Positions 1 to 14,784 of a stretch of DNA of 64,000 nt are shown in pieces. Positions within the stretch are counted from its first letter, which is position 1. Every line of letters begins with the position of its first letter. Position numbers and translations under genes: made by a program. The notes under the pieces were generated by a model that was not told the origin of the DNA, made no database searches, and saw only the letters and a list, made by a program, of their open reading frames with translations. The stretch comes from Antedon mediterranea (Eukaryota; Animalia; Echinodermata): positions 1,364,001 through 1,428,000 of the forward strand of contig NC_092673.1 of NCBI RefSeq assembly GCF_964355755.1, in the 5' to 3' direction.

Positions 1-568
1 AATAGAGCTTTACATTTTATACAACCTACAAAAACCACTAAGGTTAAGGTCAGGCTGCATTGCTGACTATTTTATGCATTTCTTAATGGATAGCTTTTAA
101 TTTAATAATTGTCTCGATTTTGTATAATATGTATTGCAAGCAACATTTAAAAACATGATGTACAAACAATCTGAACAAAATACATACAGTGCCTGTAATA
201 TTCTTTTTCAGCCTCAAGTATTTCTAGTCTGAGATCTCTGTCTTATCAATTTGTTATAGAATATCTTTTATCTCTCTAAACTCACTTGAATTCTAATAAA
301 TACATATCTCAACAACAACAACTAAAAATAGCTGGCTCACTGAAATTAACAGATTTGAATTATTGATGGTATGCTTTACCTAACATGACATACTGTAGGA
401 TGTTATGTGAAGGAAGAAGATTTGAGTTGTTTTGATTAATGACTCGCATTCGTAGAAGGTCATACTAAATGGATAAACATCCAAATATCTTCCTAATTAT
501 CGTCATTTAAAACATTTCTGAATTAACTATTGCAAGCTGATACAAGCCCGTAGCCAGGATTTTTATAA

Positions 569-712
569 AGCTCTGTCTACACTATCAAACTAGTTTGCGC
601 TCCAATATGGTAGTGATATGCCCAACTATGGTAGTGATATGACATCATCATGCCCATATATGGGCACATCACACTTTTTTGTCACAAAAAGTTTGATAGT
701 ATAGAAAGTGTT
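569..712. mobile_element. MITE family A copy (AGCTCTGTCTACACTATCAAAC TIR)
   Basis: Left TIR after TAA, internal TATGGTAGTGATATG repeats, degenerate right TIR. The same family recurs about 10 times in the window. Confidence 0.75.
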
Positions 713-1068
713 TTTCCCCACAAAAGATGTGCAAATATTGTCATGTAACTTAGAGTATAAAGCCTATTTACTCTTAGCTGCTGTCTCTTTCCAATGTAGT
801 TTATAGACAGAGCATGAAAAAAGGGGATTGTCCGGCCCAAATTTGTTTTCTTCTAATCACCAGGCTAGTTGATTATGAGTTTTACTATGGGCCTATAATT
901 TATAGGTCCATGGTTTTAATTAACTTTATTCACAATCTCAGATCAAATTAAAAGTATACATAAATAAATTTATTTTGAATATTAAATACAAATGTACATA
1001 CACAATTATTTTACAGGCGAACTCATTGCCTATTCTTAATTGCGTAACATGAACTTTGATTCCTTTAG

Positions 1069-4000
1069 ATTGTGACTGGAAACTGCTGGTGATTCGGGAC
1101 AGACATTTTGTTGGACATTTAGCTGGTGGTCATGATGTTTACTGTATTACTGACATTTGTATTATTCCCTTGTCTTTGACTGAAACAACTGAGAATTTAC
1201 AACTGCAGGTAAAATTTTGCCTTTTATTTTTTTTTGTACTATAATTTAATTACATGGTGACATGGCCTAGGTTATTGGTACAATATAAATATTTTAATAA
1301 ATTATGTAGCTCTTATTCTCAATTTTAAATCCAAAATTTTAATCAGAATCAAAAGTGTATAGTATAAACGTACATCTTGAGTACAGCAGCAGTGAAGGCA
1401 ACTGATACTAAAAGTACAGTTGCAGTAAATGATATATTTTAAGTTTTAGTATTAAAGTTGTAACAGATATTGTCATTTCTGTTACTGAAACTGGGCAAGT
1501 AGAAACATTTTTAGGTTAGCCCAACAGTGTCAGGCTTTGTGAGTTGAGCGAATAAAGCATTTTAAATCAAATTTCTACATTCAACTACCTGTATATATAT
1601 ATATATCTAGGATTACTGCAGTGGCTGTTAAAGAAAATCTCTCTGCACTGAGACTTAATCATGCATAATACCTTCATTGTACCCTCTATGTCCTTGACTG
1701 GAAAGTAAGAAAAATAATAAATAAAAAATAAAATACACATGCCTAATGTTTGTGACGTTGGTGTACTAATTGTTGTGAGGTGGTTATTTATCTACACATT
1801 GGTTTGTTAATTTATTATATTATGATTTGGTTACATTATTCGATTTAATGCCCTGAATAAACACCTGCATTAAACATAATTTGAAATATAGCACATCCCC
1901 CTACACCTCCCCCACCTCACTTGCATAAATTCCCCCTGGCCATTTATTTCCTCAACACCCCAACACATACATATATGCATACAATATTGTGTTACCAACA
2001 CATTTCTATTTGTAGTAGAATTTATTGATTGACATGATCTACAATTTACCAAGCCTTTTGATACAATTTTAACTGTATTTTAACTGTATTTTAACTGTAT
2101 TTTATCACTTTTTAATATTGATTGTGTTGTATTTTTTCATGTCTACAGTTTCTCATTCCATTCATTAATGATAATTTATTATTTATATTTACTATCAATA
2201 TTATGATATTTATTATTTGAATATTTATTTCGGATCTTTTTTTTTCTATTTTTTGTTTTTACATTTGATTTGCATGTTTATTTTACAGCTATGCGAGAAG
2301 CATCATTTTGGTATAAAAAAGGCAAAGAAAATCTCTGGACCTGTTAATGAGAAAGTGTTTGATAAAATTGGAAATTCATTGAAAAAAGCTACTATTATTA
2401 AACAGGTACATTGTTAAGTATTTCAGATTTTATTTGATATTTTTAAAGTTGCCACCCATTTTAACATCATAACATGTACAATTTTGAAGGTGGATAAGTA
2501 TTCACTTTCCCACTATTTCACAATATTACCTGGTCTAATAAATATTACATGATGGTAATGTAAATATTTCTTTTACCAGATTTTACTGGCCTAAAGCACC
2601 TTTAAGTCACTACTCAAAACTCACATTTTCTGATATTTTTGGCAGCGCCATGAGCAATGACTGTTGTAATGGCGCTACAGAAATCAAACGATTGATTGAT
2701 AAAGTGAATCTATCAATCATTTAATACTAATAAAAAATTTGTTTAATTATGTAAATTTAAACTTGCAGAAAGAGGTGAAAGAAAAAGAAAAACATGAAAA
2801 GCGTATTCTTGAAGAACTGTACAAAATGTTTGCTGGATCAGGTATTAAATGATGAATAAATGATCTAAATTGCTTTATATCAGTTTATAATTTAGTATTA
2901 TTTAATTTTTTATTTATTATTTATTTATACTGGGTAGCCTCTTCAGTCAACGATTGTTCTCTCAGAGGGCCCAGTCGTGATCAGTGGCTGTGAGTGACAG
3001 TATGATTCTAGCCATAGCACCAGATTTATCAGTATTCATCCTTTATACAGGGCGACCTCTTCAGTCAACGATTGTTCTCTCAGAGGGTCCAGTCGTGATC
3101 AGTGGCTGTGAGTGACAGCATGTTTCTAGCCATAGCACCAGATTTATCTGGAATCCATCCTTTTATGGGATGAACTCTTTGTTCCAGAAGCTTTTGTCGT
3201 ATAATGGTTATGAAGCTTGTTTTGTCAGCGAGAGGTTGCAGGATCGAATCCTGATATAAGGCTCTTATATGACTTTTTTTAACCATTGTAACTATTTTAT
3301 ATGATATCCTAGTTAAACACTGTAATGAAATGACATGATATAGCAATGTATTTAAATTTCAGGTTGGTTTTACTACAGTCCGACCTATGACCTTACCAAC
3401 TCGGTACAAAGAAATCGTAGAAAGGAAGTTGATACAACCGAAACACCATGGTCCCAACTTGATCAACGATTCTTTTGGAATATGCACATGTTACAAGATG
3501 TACTTAACTTTGAGGTAACTAATTGATGCTGGATACTGAAATAATATGGACTCGACTCGATTACGCAAACGATTTGGTAACAATTTGTAAAAAAATTTTT
3601 AAAATGGAATTACTATGTTTTGACCCCAGAATTTGATTGATAATCAAACATATAATTATAATCAAATAATCTTGATTAAATGCATTGAAAAATAGCCCTT
3701 CAATGCTTTTAATCAAGTCTGATTGATTTCAATATTATATTTAAAAATCAATATCTGTTGGTGAATACTATTTTGCCTTCAGCGTAAACACTGTATATAA
3801 AATGTTCATTTAAAAATGATTGTGCAAACTGGATGCATATTTAGTAATTAATCTGTAAAGAGTTTTAAGAAATTATTACTGAAATGCATTATGATCATTA
3901 TCATAATAGTAATGAATGTACCGGTAAGTAATGTAGAAAATGAATAAGATATTTTAATCTAGAGATAGTGCTTCTGGACATCAATGCGTTATCATTAAAT

Positions 4001-7000
4001 GTTCACTCGTAGTAATTATTAGGTACAAAGTTCAATTTGAAGAACACTTTAGAATAACGTAAATATTATGAAGGGCTAGTGTTGCCCGAAAGCTCTGCTA
4101 ACTTTTCTGGCTGTTTACTTTATCGTTTTGATTTAGCTTTTCGCTTTTTATTTTTTTATCTCCATTGAGATCCAGCCACTGATACCCACAGCATTGTCAT
4201 TTTTTTCAGTAATTTGCCTTTGGATTTATTCATTCTGATTATATACATTTACTACTAGAACCTTTACTAGAATTTCCTAGATCCTTTTAAAATGTACAGT
4301 ACACATTCGGAAAATAAATTTAAGTGGTGTATAGTTTCAGTTTCATCAACATCTTGCAAGAAAGAATTAATTGTCTTACATACTCATTACTGTTATACAA
4401 AACTGACTTTGTTGGAGTATTTATGTGATTTTAACATTTTTAATGCCTCATATTGTTTATGTGATTTTTAAATTAGATTTACTGAATAATTCTTTCATAT
4501 TCTAATTGCATTTTGTATAATAACCACCTCAGAGTGCAGTGGACTAGTTGTTAGGCATACAATAACTTTCTTCTCCTCTAAAGTTCCCTTTGTGTCGAGT
4601 TGCCACAAAACCTTGTATTTCTCTGTTCACAACAGAGGCTATTGTTTATTGTTCCAAGAAGACCTCATTTTTCTGCATCATTAGTACAGTTTTCTTTAAT
4701 CTAATTTGTGTGATTATTTATGATTATATATTTATTGCTATTTGATTGATATTTACTTGTACTATTATATTAATATTACTAAAACTTACCCTTATAATTC
4801 TTTTAGGACCAAAATCTAGCATCTAATTGGATTCTTCCCATAATACAAGGCTACGTACAAATTGAACAGTTTCCAGTCATAATGGACACAACGCCACCCA
4901 AATCTGAGGATGAAGAAACATTTACTGTTGCTGTTGTATCCAGGCGCAATAGACACCGTGCAGGTACTGTGCTTGTTCTCATGTATGCGTATTCAAACCG
5001 TGTACTGTGCTACTTTTGATGTACTGTGTGCCCAAACATCAAACTGTGTCAATTTTGGAGATTGTAGTTTTAACCAAAATACATATGAGGAGGAAGAGGA
5101 GGATTTAGTTGATGGTGACATAATCAAATGTGTCTTGCATCAACTGGAGGTGATCTTGCGGTTTAAATAGCTTTGTTGCAAGTGACAACTGATAGTGAAT
5201 AACCTTATTTTTTTTATTTTTTCAGGTACGCGGTATAGAAGACGAGGTGTAGACACAAACGGGGCATGTGCAAATTATGTGGAAACTGAACAGATAGTGC
5301 ATGTGGCAGAACATTGTATGTCGTTCATCCAGGTTCGGGGTTCGATTCCAATTTACTGGAGCCAGCCGGGTATTAAGTACAGGCCTCCACCAAGAATTGA
5401 TAAAAGTAAATAAGATGATTATTACACTTGTGATATTGTTTTTTTTATTGTTATGATGAAGATGATCATCAATGTAACATTTTGTTCACCATTTTGTGTG
5501 GCCTATGTACTACCAAATACGCTACATCAATGTTTAAAGCTCTCTCTACATTATCAAACTTCATGTGACAAAAAAAGGTGATGTGCCCATATATGCACAT
5601 GATGATGTCATATCACTACTATATTTGGCCATATCACTACCATATTTGGCCATATCACTACTATATGTGGTCATATCACTACTATATTTGGCCATATCAC
5701 TACTATATTTGACCATATCACTACCATATTTGGGTGCATCTAGTTTGATAGTGTAGACAAAGCTTTATGGTGATTGAAACATTCCTGTTTCAATTTATGA
5801 CGGGATCTAAGTATGCCGTGTTAAATAATTATCTGCATGCTGAGGCATTGGGAAATGCTTTCTTGCTTGATTCCTCAACTAATCTAGGTTCAAGCAACTA
5901 ATTACACAATATGTGTAATTTCAAGGTCTCCTCAAACCAAGAGCTCACTATCTTTCTGATTAAACTAATAAACAACAAATTCAAACTTTATTTATTACTT
6001 GATATATAATAAATTTAGTTTTTATTTCTGTAACTACTTACTCAAGATGAAAGTGAAACACAACATGCTTTTAGTAAACATTTTAAGGAGCAGCTTGAGA
6101 TATACAAGGAAGTTGTAGTCGTGAATCTTATAGATCAGTCTGGGAGAGAAGATATTGTAGGCTTACCATTCCTGAAACAAGCTATTTTACTTAATAATCC
6201 TGACCTCACTTATGTGACCTTTGACTTCCATGAACATTGGTGAGTAGTAGTATTTTAGTAATACTCTTTTCACATCTGTACAAAGTAACAAGTTGTAACC
6301 AGGTTTGCTAGTGGGAATAAAGACAACTTTGAATGAAAACGTGTAATAAATCGGGTTACAAAAATATGTGAAAAGTAAATAAATGTAATATAAGTGTACT
6401 TACTCTTTATAAAATAATGTTAAATTTATTCACTGTTGTTGATAAATAATACTATACTGAAATATAGTGCACTTGGATTTGTGTTTTCAGCCAAGGCTTG
6501 AAGTTTGAAAGAGTTGCAATCTTGACAGAGAATAGCAAAGACCTATTGGACAATATGAAGTTTACTTGGTAAGATTTAATCTGTTACTTGTTATTACCAA
6601 CTTCATGTTTTAAGACAATCTCAACGTTAGTACACAATGTATTTTATGAGTCAAAGACACTCTCCAGATGGAATAGTATTGTAAAGATGAGAGCACATAA
6701 TTTTTTTTTTTTTTAGTATTTAAGTTGATACATTTTTTTATATATATATTTTCTATGAACCAGAGATTCAGAAATTGAATTGAAAAAAATTAATGAATTT
6801 ATTCATTATTATTATTATAAATTAATAACCAGTGTTTATGTACGTAACTGATTTATGATTGGGATCAATGTAGTTGCATTAATTACCAAAAGACAGTACA
6901 GTGTTTTTTAGGGTAACGTTTTGCTTTTTCTGTAAGGGTTGACAAGAAAGGAATGATACTTGAACAGAACAGTGTGTTGCGTATCAACTGTATGGATTGC

Positions 7001-10000
7001 TTAGACAGGACTAACGTTGTTGAATCTGCATTCGCACGAATACTTCTACATAGACAGGTATACAAAGCATTTTGCAAAAAAAACAACATTTTGTGGCGTG
7101 GTCCATGTAAAAACATGACACTATACATTATCAATACCAAGGGCAGACAAGGCAATCGTCTTTGTTTCTAATTGTTATCGCCTTCTCCCCGGCACAGCTT
7201 GTATAATTTATATCAATAATTATATTTAAAACATCTTTTCCACTTCTATATTTAACCTCTCGCTACGACCCTTAACTAAATCTTTTTGATGTCATTCTTT
7301 CTAAAGCTGACAAAACTTGGACTATTATTACCAGATGAAAATCTTCCAGACATTTTAGGCAGCACATTCCGACAGTTATGGGCAAATAATGGTGATACAA
7401 TTAGCAGGCAGTATGCCGGCACAGTCGCCCTAAAGGGTGATTTCACCAGAACTGGAGAGAGAAAGTTTACAGGACTTATGAAAGATGGTTATCACTCGGC
7501 CAGTAGATACATACAGAAGACGTTTAAAGACGCTTATCGACAAATGACAATTGGTAATCATAAATTGCTTGTTTTGTGCCCCAATAATAATAAATAATAA
7601 TATAAAAATACAAAACATTAGTTGTTTTATATTCAATTAATCCGCTACTTTAATCAATGTATGTATCAACTAGTAACAATGGAGCATGAACTGATTCAGC
7701 CATTTTGTGTAATCATAATCAAATGAGAATTAATTTATCCAAAAAAAATTGTTTTTCAGACATCATGTTAGGTAATCCTGTAACGGGTGATCTGTTGCTG
7801 CTTAGCGAATCAACTGACAGTGGTGAAGCTGAGAGTGAGAACTCATGGCAATTGGACAAAGAAGAGAACATACAATACCTGATAGATGACTGTAAGAGAA
7901 TGCTGATACCAAGAACAGAGATCAAAGACGTGTTAGGAGGATGGGCTTTGATGGATTGTGATGACGAACCAAGGTAAAGATAGCGAACGAGGATTGCTCT
8001 GAGATTATACTCTACTTATATTTATGTAAACACTTTCCAAGAATAAAGCTCTGTCCACACTATCAAACTTTATGTTACAAAAAAAAATGTGATGTGCCCA
8101 TATATGGACATGATGTCATATCATTACCATATTTAAGCATCACTACCATATTTGGGCACATCACATCACACTTTTTTTGTCAACCTAGTGTAGACAGAGC
8201 TTAATACTATGCTATGTTTAAATCTTAATTCAATGTTTTTTTTTTCGTTTTTAGTGAATCAGAAGAATTAGATGAAGGGGAGGATGTGATTCTGTTACTT
8301 ACTACCAAGACATATTACTTTGCCAAGTAAGTACATTAAGTATATAAGATGTGTGCTCAGTAATTATGACTACACTGATCATATCGAACAATGTGATATA
8401 GGATTTAATTATTTAGTAGGCAGATAGTAAAAGATGTGTGCTCAGTTATTATGACTACACTGATCATATCCAGCTATGTGATATAGGATATTAATAATAA
8501 TGGTTGATGATGTAGATTTTAAAAGATGCGTGCTCAGTTATCAAATTATGCCTACACTGATCATTAAATATTTACTAGGCAGATTATGATAGTAAAAGAT
8601 GCGTGCTGAGTTATCAAAAGATGCATGCATCAAATTATGACTACACTGATCCGACATTGTGATATAAAATATTAATTAATAAAAATGATGCACATTCAGA
8701 AAATCTTCTTTTCTACATTTTTAGTCATCATGTATCATAATAAAATCTCTGTTGTTTTAGGTACAATGATGATGGAGAAAGAATCACAGAGTATGAAAGA
8801 ATACCAATTCAGGAAATGCAGGCCATAGAAATAGGTAAAAGCCACAGATAGAGTACACTCCAAAGCAATCAAAGTTGACCCTCTAGTAGTTTATAGTATC
8901 TCTATGGTATAGGCACATTTACATCATACTATTTTGTATTCTTGACTGAATTGCATATTCTTGGCTGCCACTTGGTCATAACCATGTAAGCTGAACATTG
9001 GCCAAGAATCAGCAGTGGCAGATTCAGGAACGACCATGGCAAATGGCCTACACATTGTGAAATGGAGGGTTTAACTTAACCTTAACCTAAAGATTATTTA
9101 TACAAGCTAGACAAGATAACCTTTCATTATATGAAGTATATTTGAAAACATATTTACTCCCACTGAAGCCTTCAATACATAAACTAAATTATTACTTGAC
9201 AAAATAATTGTTATTTTTATTTATTGTTATTTTCTAGGATCTGCTATAACCTTTTTTAGTGATTCTAAAGAAAAGTGTTTACGGATCTGGTATTCAGTAA
9301 ATGGTGAAGAAGGATTCTTTCGTACTTTGAGAGCACTTCCGAAATTCCAAATGCAAACTAACGAAGGTAAGACCCAGTGCTGCAAAGAGACTTACAAAAT
9401 TTATATTATTCATCGTGAACTGGTAAATTCAAGTTATGCCCTCAATGGACTTACATCATCCACAGCAGTGCCTATGACAGGGGCTGAGATGGACCAGTAC
9501 TGTACATAGGTGGATCCCTCCTACTCTTCTAAAAGATGCACAGGGTTCTTGTAAAGTGCACACTAAGCCAGATGTGTATTTGTTCTACCACCAGAACACT
9601 TGAACCTGTGCCGATTGTATGGCTCTGGTTTTCAGCGCCCCTGCCTTAACTGCTTCGCTACTCGACTCGTCATGACTTTTTGGCATCAATATTGATATGT
9701 GTGAGCCTAGTTATTGTATCTTATAAATCCACATTTTAATTAAGTCTTCCAAACTTGGCTGATTTTGACAAAGAACCATATAATATCTAAACCCATAAAA
9801 ACTGATTTTGTTTGAACAGATACATTGCAAGATGTAATTGCCAGGTTTGCTGAGGCCAGAGCAGCAAATAGTCTTGGACTGAAGGTGATGGAAGGCAAAA
9901 TGCTTGGGTAAGTCAGTTTTATGTTATGTACATATGTCTTTTGTAAACATTTTTTTGTGTGTGTATTAATCACAAGAAATTTTATTTAAAATTGTATGGA

Positions 10001-10994
10001 ATGTTTGTTGAGTGCAAAATAATTGTAATGGACAGTTTGATTTTTATCATATAATGGCCTACTACAGTACTGCACCTGTATAACTGGAAAAATAGATTAA
10101 ATATGTTTTAGTTCAGGTATTTACAGTATAGAAGCTTTTATTAATCTTGTTAGAAAACCGAGTAAATCGTCACCACGCATGCTGCGAATGACATCGCAGA
10201 AGAGATTTACCATGTGGCTACAAGATAAAGTTCTTCCAGATCAGATGAAGAATTCCGACAAAAAAAGAACTCAAAATCAAGGCAACAACTCAATGAGTAA
10301 AGCGTTCAAAAATGTTGGCGATCGCTTCCTAAAATTTAATCCTTTGCAGAAGATGAAGTTGAAAAAGATGGCGGATGAAAAGGATGATGAGCAGTCAGAG
10401 AAGGAGGGATCCAGTCAAGATATTCCTAATATATTTGTGAGTTCTGAACAGGAGCACAATAGCGCCGTTGACGGAGAGTTAATTATACCATCATGCGGTA
10501 TTCTAGCAACGGACCGCGACAGAAACACTAAAAGTCTGTCAAGTCGAGCAGTATTATTTACTAAAGGCAAAGACTTCCAGGTTGCAATTTGTACAAATAA
10601 TTTAGAACCAGAAGATGCAATTGATGGAGGTGGTGCCACAATTGATGGAGATGGTGCGACGGAGAAACCTGAAGATGTAAAACAATCGAGTTCTAAATTC
10701 TCATTAGGAATGGATATGTTTAAATTGCCAGTTAAATCTCACAGTGAAAACTCCTTGGTTAGCTTCTTCAGAAAAAATATGACAGACACTGCAACCGAGA
10801 GCCCGCTGGAAGGACTTGAAGAGGAAGATGCTAAGAAGGAGTCTCCGCTAGGAAGACTGGCGAATCCTCTTAAGAATATCACGGGGAACTTTAACCGTGG
10901 TGAGCTAAAACGCGAAGAGTTCGTTCGACGAAAAGAAGAGCTACTGAAAGATCTGCAATGTGAAAACTGCCAAACTAACTTTATACAACTTTGA
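1069..10994 (+). CDS. INPP5F: Phosphatidylinositide phosphatase SAC2 (INPP5F), multi-exon, 5' exons lie upstream of the window
   Basis: GT-AG exons at about 1069-1208, 2289-2405, 2769-2841, 3363-3514, 4807-4963, 5226-5405, 6047-6239, 6491-6568, 6937-7057, 7307-7553, 7760-7973, 8255-8326, 8761-8834, 9238-9366, 9820-9907 and 10154-10994. Sac-domain motifs: SRRNRHRAGTRYRRRGVD, ANYVETEQ, QVRGSIPIYWSQPG, catalytic CX5R RINCMDCLDRTN, WANNGDTISRQYAGT. An hSac2-like region follows, and the C-terminus CQTNFIQL is SAC2-like. Confidence 0.93.
2915..3150 (-). mobile_element. L2-clade-like LINE/SINE 3' end with local ~90-bp tandem duplication
   Basis: Minus strand ends ...GAGGCTACCCAGTATAAATAAATAA. CTCTTCAGTCAACGATTG...CACCAGATTTATC occurs at about 2939 and 3057. 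Confidence 0.5.
5538..5764. mobile_element. MITE family A copy with internal 21-bp tandem expansion
   Basis: TAA-AGCTCTCTCTACA...TGTAGACAAAGCT-TTA with about 6 copies of ATATCACTACYATATTTGGCC. Explains the spurious ORF 5565-5756. Confidence 0.8.
8047..8201. mobile_element. MITE family A copy
   Basis: TAA-AGCTCTGTCCACAC...GTGTAGACAGAGCT-TAA; 3-bp TAA target duplication. Confidence 0.8.
8345..8670. repeat. Degenerate intronic tandem repeat (~4 units)
   Basis: Recurrent AAGATGYGTGCTCAGT...ATTATGACTACACTGATC...TGTGATATAGGAT. Confidence 0.7.
9420..9670 (-). mobile_element. tRNA-derived Deu-domain SINE (degenerate)
   Basis: Minus strand has a tRNA-like head GTAGCGAAGCAGTTAAGG...GGTTCAAG, then GTGCACTTTACAAGAACCC...TTTTAGAAGAGTAGG. 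A related fragment lies at about 28310-28390. Confidence 0.55.
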
Positions 10995-11579
10995 TGTCAT
11001 TTTTCTTCCACTTAACCATTTCACTAAGTTTATATTTATGTACTCCCTTAGTGTAGATTAATATGGTTTTAAACTTAAAATTTAAAACATTGGTCATGTA
11101 TACATTAATATTTATATAATTGTTTGTTTTGTCGTGTATGCATGTTTTTATCAATTATACTTCGTGTATGAACAAAATGTTGGACTAATTCAAAATTTTA
11201 ATTTTAGAAATTATATTAAATGTTAAAAAATTTGATTATATATATATATATATATATATATTTGTAATAACTGAAAATTTCAAATATATTGCTTAAAATT
11301 TCATTCAATAAAATATATAGTAAATTATAAAAAAATATAAAATTAATTGTTGTTTTAAAAAGTTTTTTTAAGTTAGTTTAAAACTGCCAAAGATAAAGTA
11401 GTTTTACATTTTAGAATTATACATTTTGAATGAAGGTGTACACATTAATGCAATTTATATGATTTATGCAGTATTCTAGTATTTGTAATTATAACGCATT
11501 TAAGTGCATTCATGGTTATCTAGTCATAGTGTATCCTTGTAATGTAATTCAAGATAGAAGCTGCGAATTAATTGAATAA

Positions 11580-11895
11580 AGCGTGGTTCCCACTAGCAAC
11601 GCAACCTACGCAACATAAGAAAATGCCTTTGCAATAATTGTGTTTCCCCATCTGCGGGAAATCAAACCTGCTTGGTTACACTTCAACATAATTTCCTGTG
11701 CACTTTGACCTGGTTCACCTCGCATACCTGACTACATGCTGTACTCTTTCTCCTATGTTCTTTCCCAGCGATGTTGCGTAAAATCAAACTGGTTTGATTT
11801 CCCGAAGTGATGTTTGCAACACTGTTAAGTCATCAGTTCCCACTTTTGATTACGCAATACAGCATTCTATGTTGGGTCCTAGTGTGAACCACACT
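11580..11895. mobile_element. MITE family B-related element (AGCGTGGTTCCCACTAG TIR)
   Basis: TAA-AGCGTGGTTCCCACTAG ... CTAGTGTGAACCACACT-TAA. Confidence 0.65.
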
Positions 11896-13492
11896 TAAAA
11901 GTTTCCTTCAAAACAGTACATAGGTGTGTTTCTATTTGTTTGAATATTTCCAATCGTTGGAAGCCTGACATGTTCACTTGCCAATGTCAGTTGTTATGTG
12001 TTAAATGTTGTATATATATGATTTATTATAACAAATTATATTTATATGAGCATGTTGTGCTATAATTGTATGCATTTTGTGTAAACTAAATATTTTTGTA
12101 TTTTGCAATTGTTTGTAAACATGTTGTTGTTGATACAGCATTTGTTGTCACTCTTGTTTTTTGGGCATGTTTGTAAAAGTGAATGACACTTCTGTTCGGT
12201 ACTAGCTTCTCTGAAAAAAAAAACCACTACCAACTGGTCATTTTGGTCAACTGGTCATTTTGGTTGGTATCCCAATTTAAATTCTTTGCTGACATTCATT
12301 GGCCATTTCAATATAGAAAATCGTTTTTGTTAATGTTTTCATGTGTGTAAAGTATCCTATTACAATCAACCTTGAGTACAAAGCTATATATATATTTACC
12401 TTATACCTTAACTGTATATATGAAAGTACCGATTTTGCCAGTATTGTAATAATTCTTATCATCTTTAGTTTTTGAGGAAAATCATCAGTGAATTGTATAA
12501 CAAGTGATCTCGTATAACCTAGCAAAACGCTGGAGTTTACACACACAGATAGGGAGTCAACCTGTGTTTTGTATATGGTATGCGCCCTGTGTGTCTAAGC
12601 AAAGAGCTTATACTGTAGCTCCATGGTCCTGGTGATGTGAAGAAGTAATATGTTTGTTGCCTTAGAGATAGAAACATGCATAAGATATAAAGTTATTGTG
12701 GTCCCTCTTCGTGTATATGATCTAGACTCTCACTACGTATAATTTAAAATAAAAACACCAGGTGCGGACAGACAGTCCACATTTTATTATGCATCTGAGT
12801 TTAAATGAGTGTTATATATTTTCTTTTCAGTTATTTTTGTTTATTTGTGGACATAGGCTTGCAGTTGTTTATAGATTAGTTTTTAGCTTATTACTTGCTA
12901 TTTGTAGGTTTCTGTATTCAGTTTTATCTAAAGTATTCATATTGAGGTATTAAAAGGGTTTTTCAGTATATTTATATATAGACATATAATGTATAGTAAG
13001 TTCTACCTAGTGCAATGGAAATTACCATGTTTTTTAAATATAAATAAGTTTAAATATGTATAACTGACATTAAAGACATTAAATGTTTGCAGCTAATTAA
13101 TTATATTAAATGATATATAATTAGCTTGATCTTCCGTATATAATTTAAATTATAGAAATCTATATGAATATTAATTATGAATTAATTATTATATTCTTCT
13201 TGTCTCATCATCATTAATTTTAATATTACTTTATGCTTAAGTATTTTATCCCACTTCGTTATTTAAGATAAATTAAAACACAAGACTCTGGTAAATACAT
13301 TGTTAATTCATTATTCTGAGATAAATCCCATCCTACTTTACTCTGAGTTCATATATGGTATGAAACGCCAAACAAATATTATTGCTACAATATAAAATGT
13401 GATGTTTTTCATTACTTGTGAGACCACATTAGGTGAATGTTGATTCTTTCACTTGTATACAAGAGTATTCAATTGGTCAGATGTTTTGCTCT

Positions 13493-14271
13493 AATTCAAG
13501 ATTCAAGATTCAAGAAATTTTATTTGTCCATAAAAATGGAAATTCACTTTGCTTGGTAGATTAAAACAACAATATTGCAACAATTTAAAAACGTGCAGTA
13601 TTATAACAGATTAAAAATACAAGATAAAAAGTTAAAAATACTGTTAAAAATGTAAAACTATTAAAAATTGCATTAACGTCTTACATTAAAATTAAAAATA
13701 TGAATGCTATTTACAACGAAGGATTTTCTAGTTCTACAAAGATTTGCTCTTGGAGGTCGTAGCCTAATGCCTGATCTATTTAAGTTATAACAGTAATGTA
13801 ACGGATGAGTGGGGTCTTTCATAATATTGTTTACTTTTTTTAGAATACTCTTTTCATAGATAAATGAACAAGGCGTAAGATCAGCTTTAATAATACGTTG
13901 TGCAATTTTACGTGGTCTCTCAATATTTTTCTTATCATTTTCAGTAAAGTTACCATAAAAACATCCAATGCTAAAAGATAAAATACTTTGAATAATACTT
14001 TGATAAAATAGAATTAAAATAGTGTTATCAACTCTAATTTGCTTGAGTTTTCTGAGAAAGTAGAGCCTTTGAGATGCCTTCTTGGAAATCATGAGAGAGT
14101 TTGACTCCCATTTTAATTTGTTGTCAATTATAGTACCTAAGTATTTGTATTGGGTTACTCTTTCAACCTCGGTTCCTTTAATAGTTATTACATTATGTTC
14201 AACTGCAGTATTTTTAACTTTTTATCTTGTATTTTTAATCTGTTATAATACTGCACGTTTTTAAATTGTTG
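13493..14271 (-). mobile_element. 5'-truncated non-LTR retrotransposon (Rex1/Babar-like): end of RT, C-terminal domain and 3' tail
   Basis: The frame extends upstream of ORF 13673-14092 as VERVTQYKYLGTIIDNKLKW, then KKASQRLYFLRKLK...FYQSIIQSILSF...DPTHPLH...SFV. 3' tail is (TCTTGAA)n at about 13493-13514. Confidence 0.85.
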
Positions 14272-14784
14272 AATGATGAATGACGTAATGTGTACTTCAT
14301 ACATACTAAGTACTAAGTACATACTGGCGAATACTCTCAAGTAATTCTCGGGTGTTCAAAGTATTAAGGTCATTAAAGCTTTCTCTATACAAACTAAACA
14401 TATACAATTACCTATTACTTTTGATACATACAATTGATTTTACCATCTAGATATATAATACTATTGTGTTGATTAAGTTGCTGTAGTTCTTAATTGGAAA
14501 AAATATTGGAAATTAATATTACAAACCTATAGTTACTCAATGTGGACAGACAGTAAGATGCTATTTAAAAGGAATTTAATTAATTTTTACTATTTAATTT
14601 ACTGATTATGCAAACAATTCTGAATCAAGATATATTATAAAGAAAGCATGTTAATATGATTGGAGGACATTATTATTATTTTTGTATTAATATGATAAAG
14701 ATGAAATAAATACCTTTGGTAATATTATAACTTGAATCTTCTTTTATTATCACTACATATTTCAATTATTATTAGAAATATAAA

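Noticed and set aside
8345-8670. Possible C/D snoRNA cluster (ATGA...CTGA words)
   Set aside because: Motif spacing is too short and there are no terminal stems; it behaves as a decaying tandem repeat.
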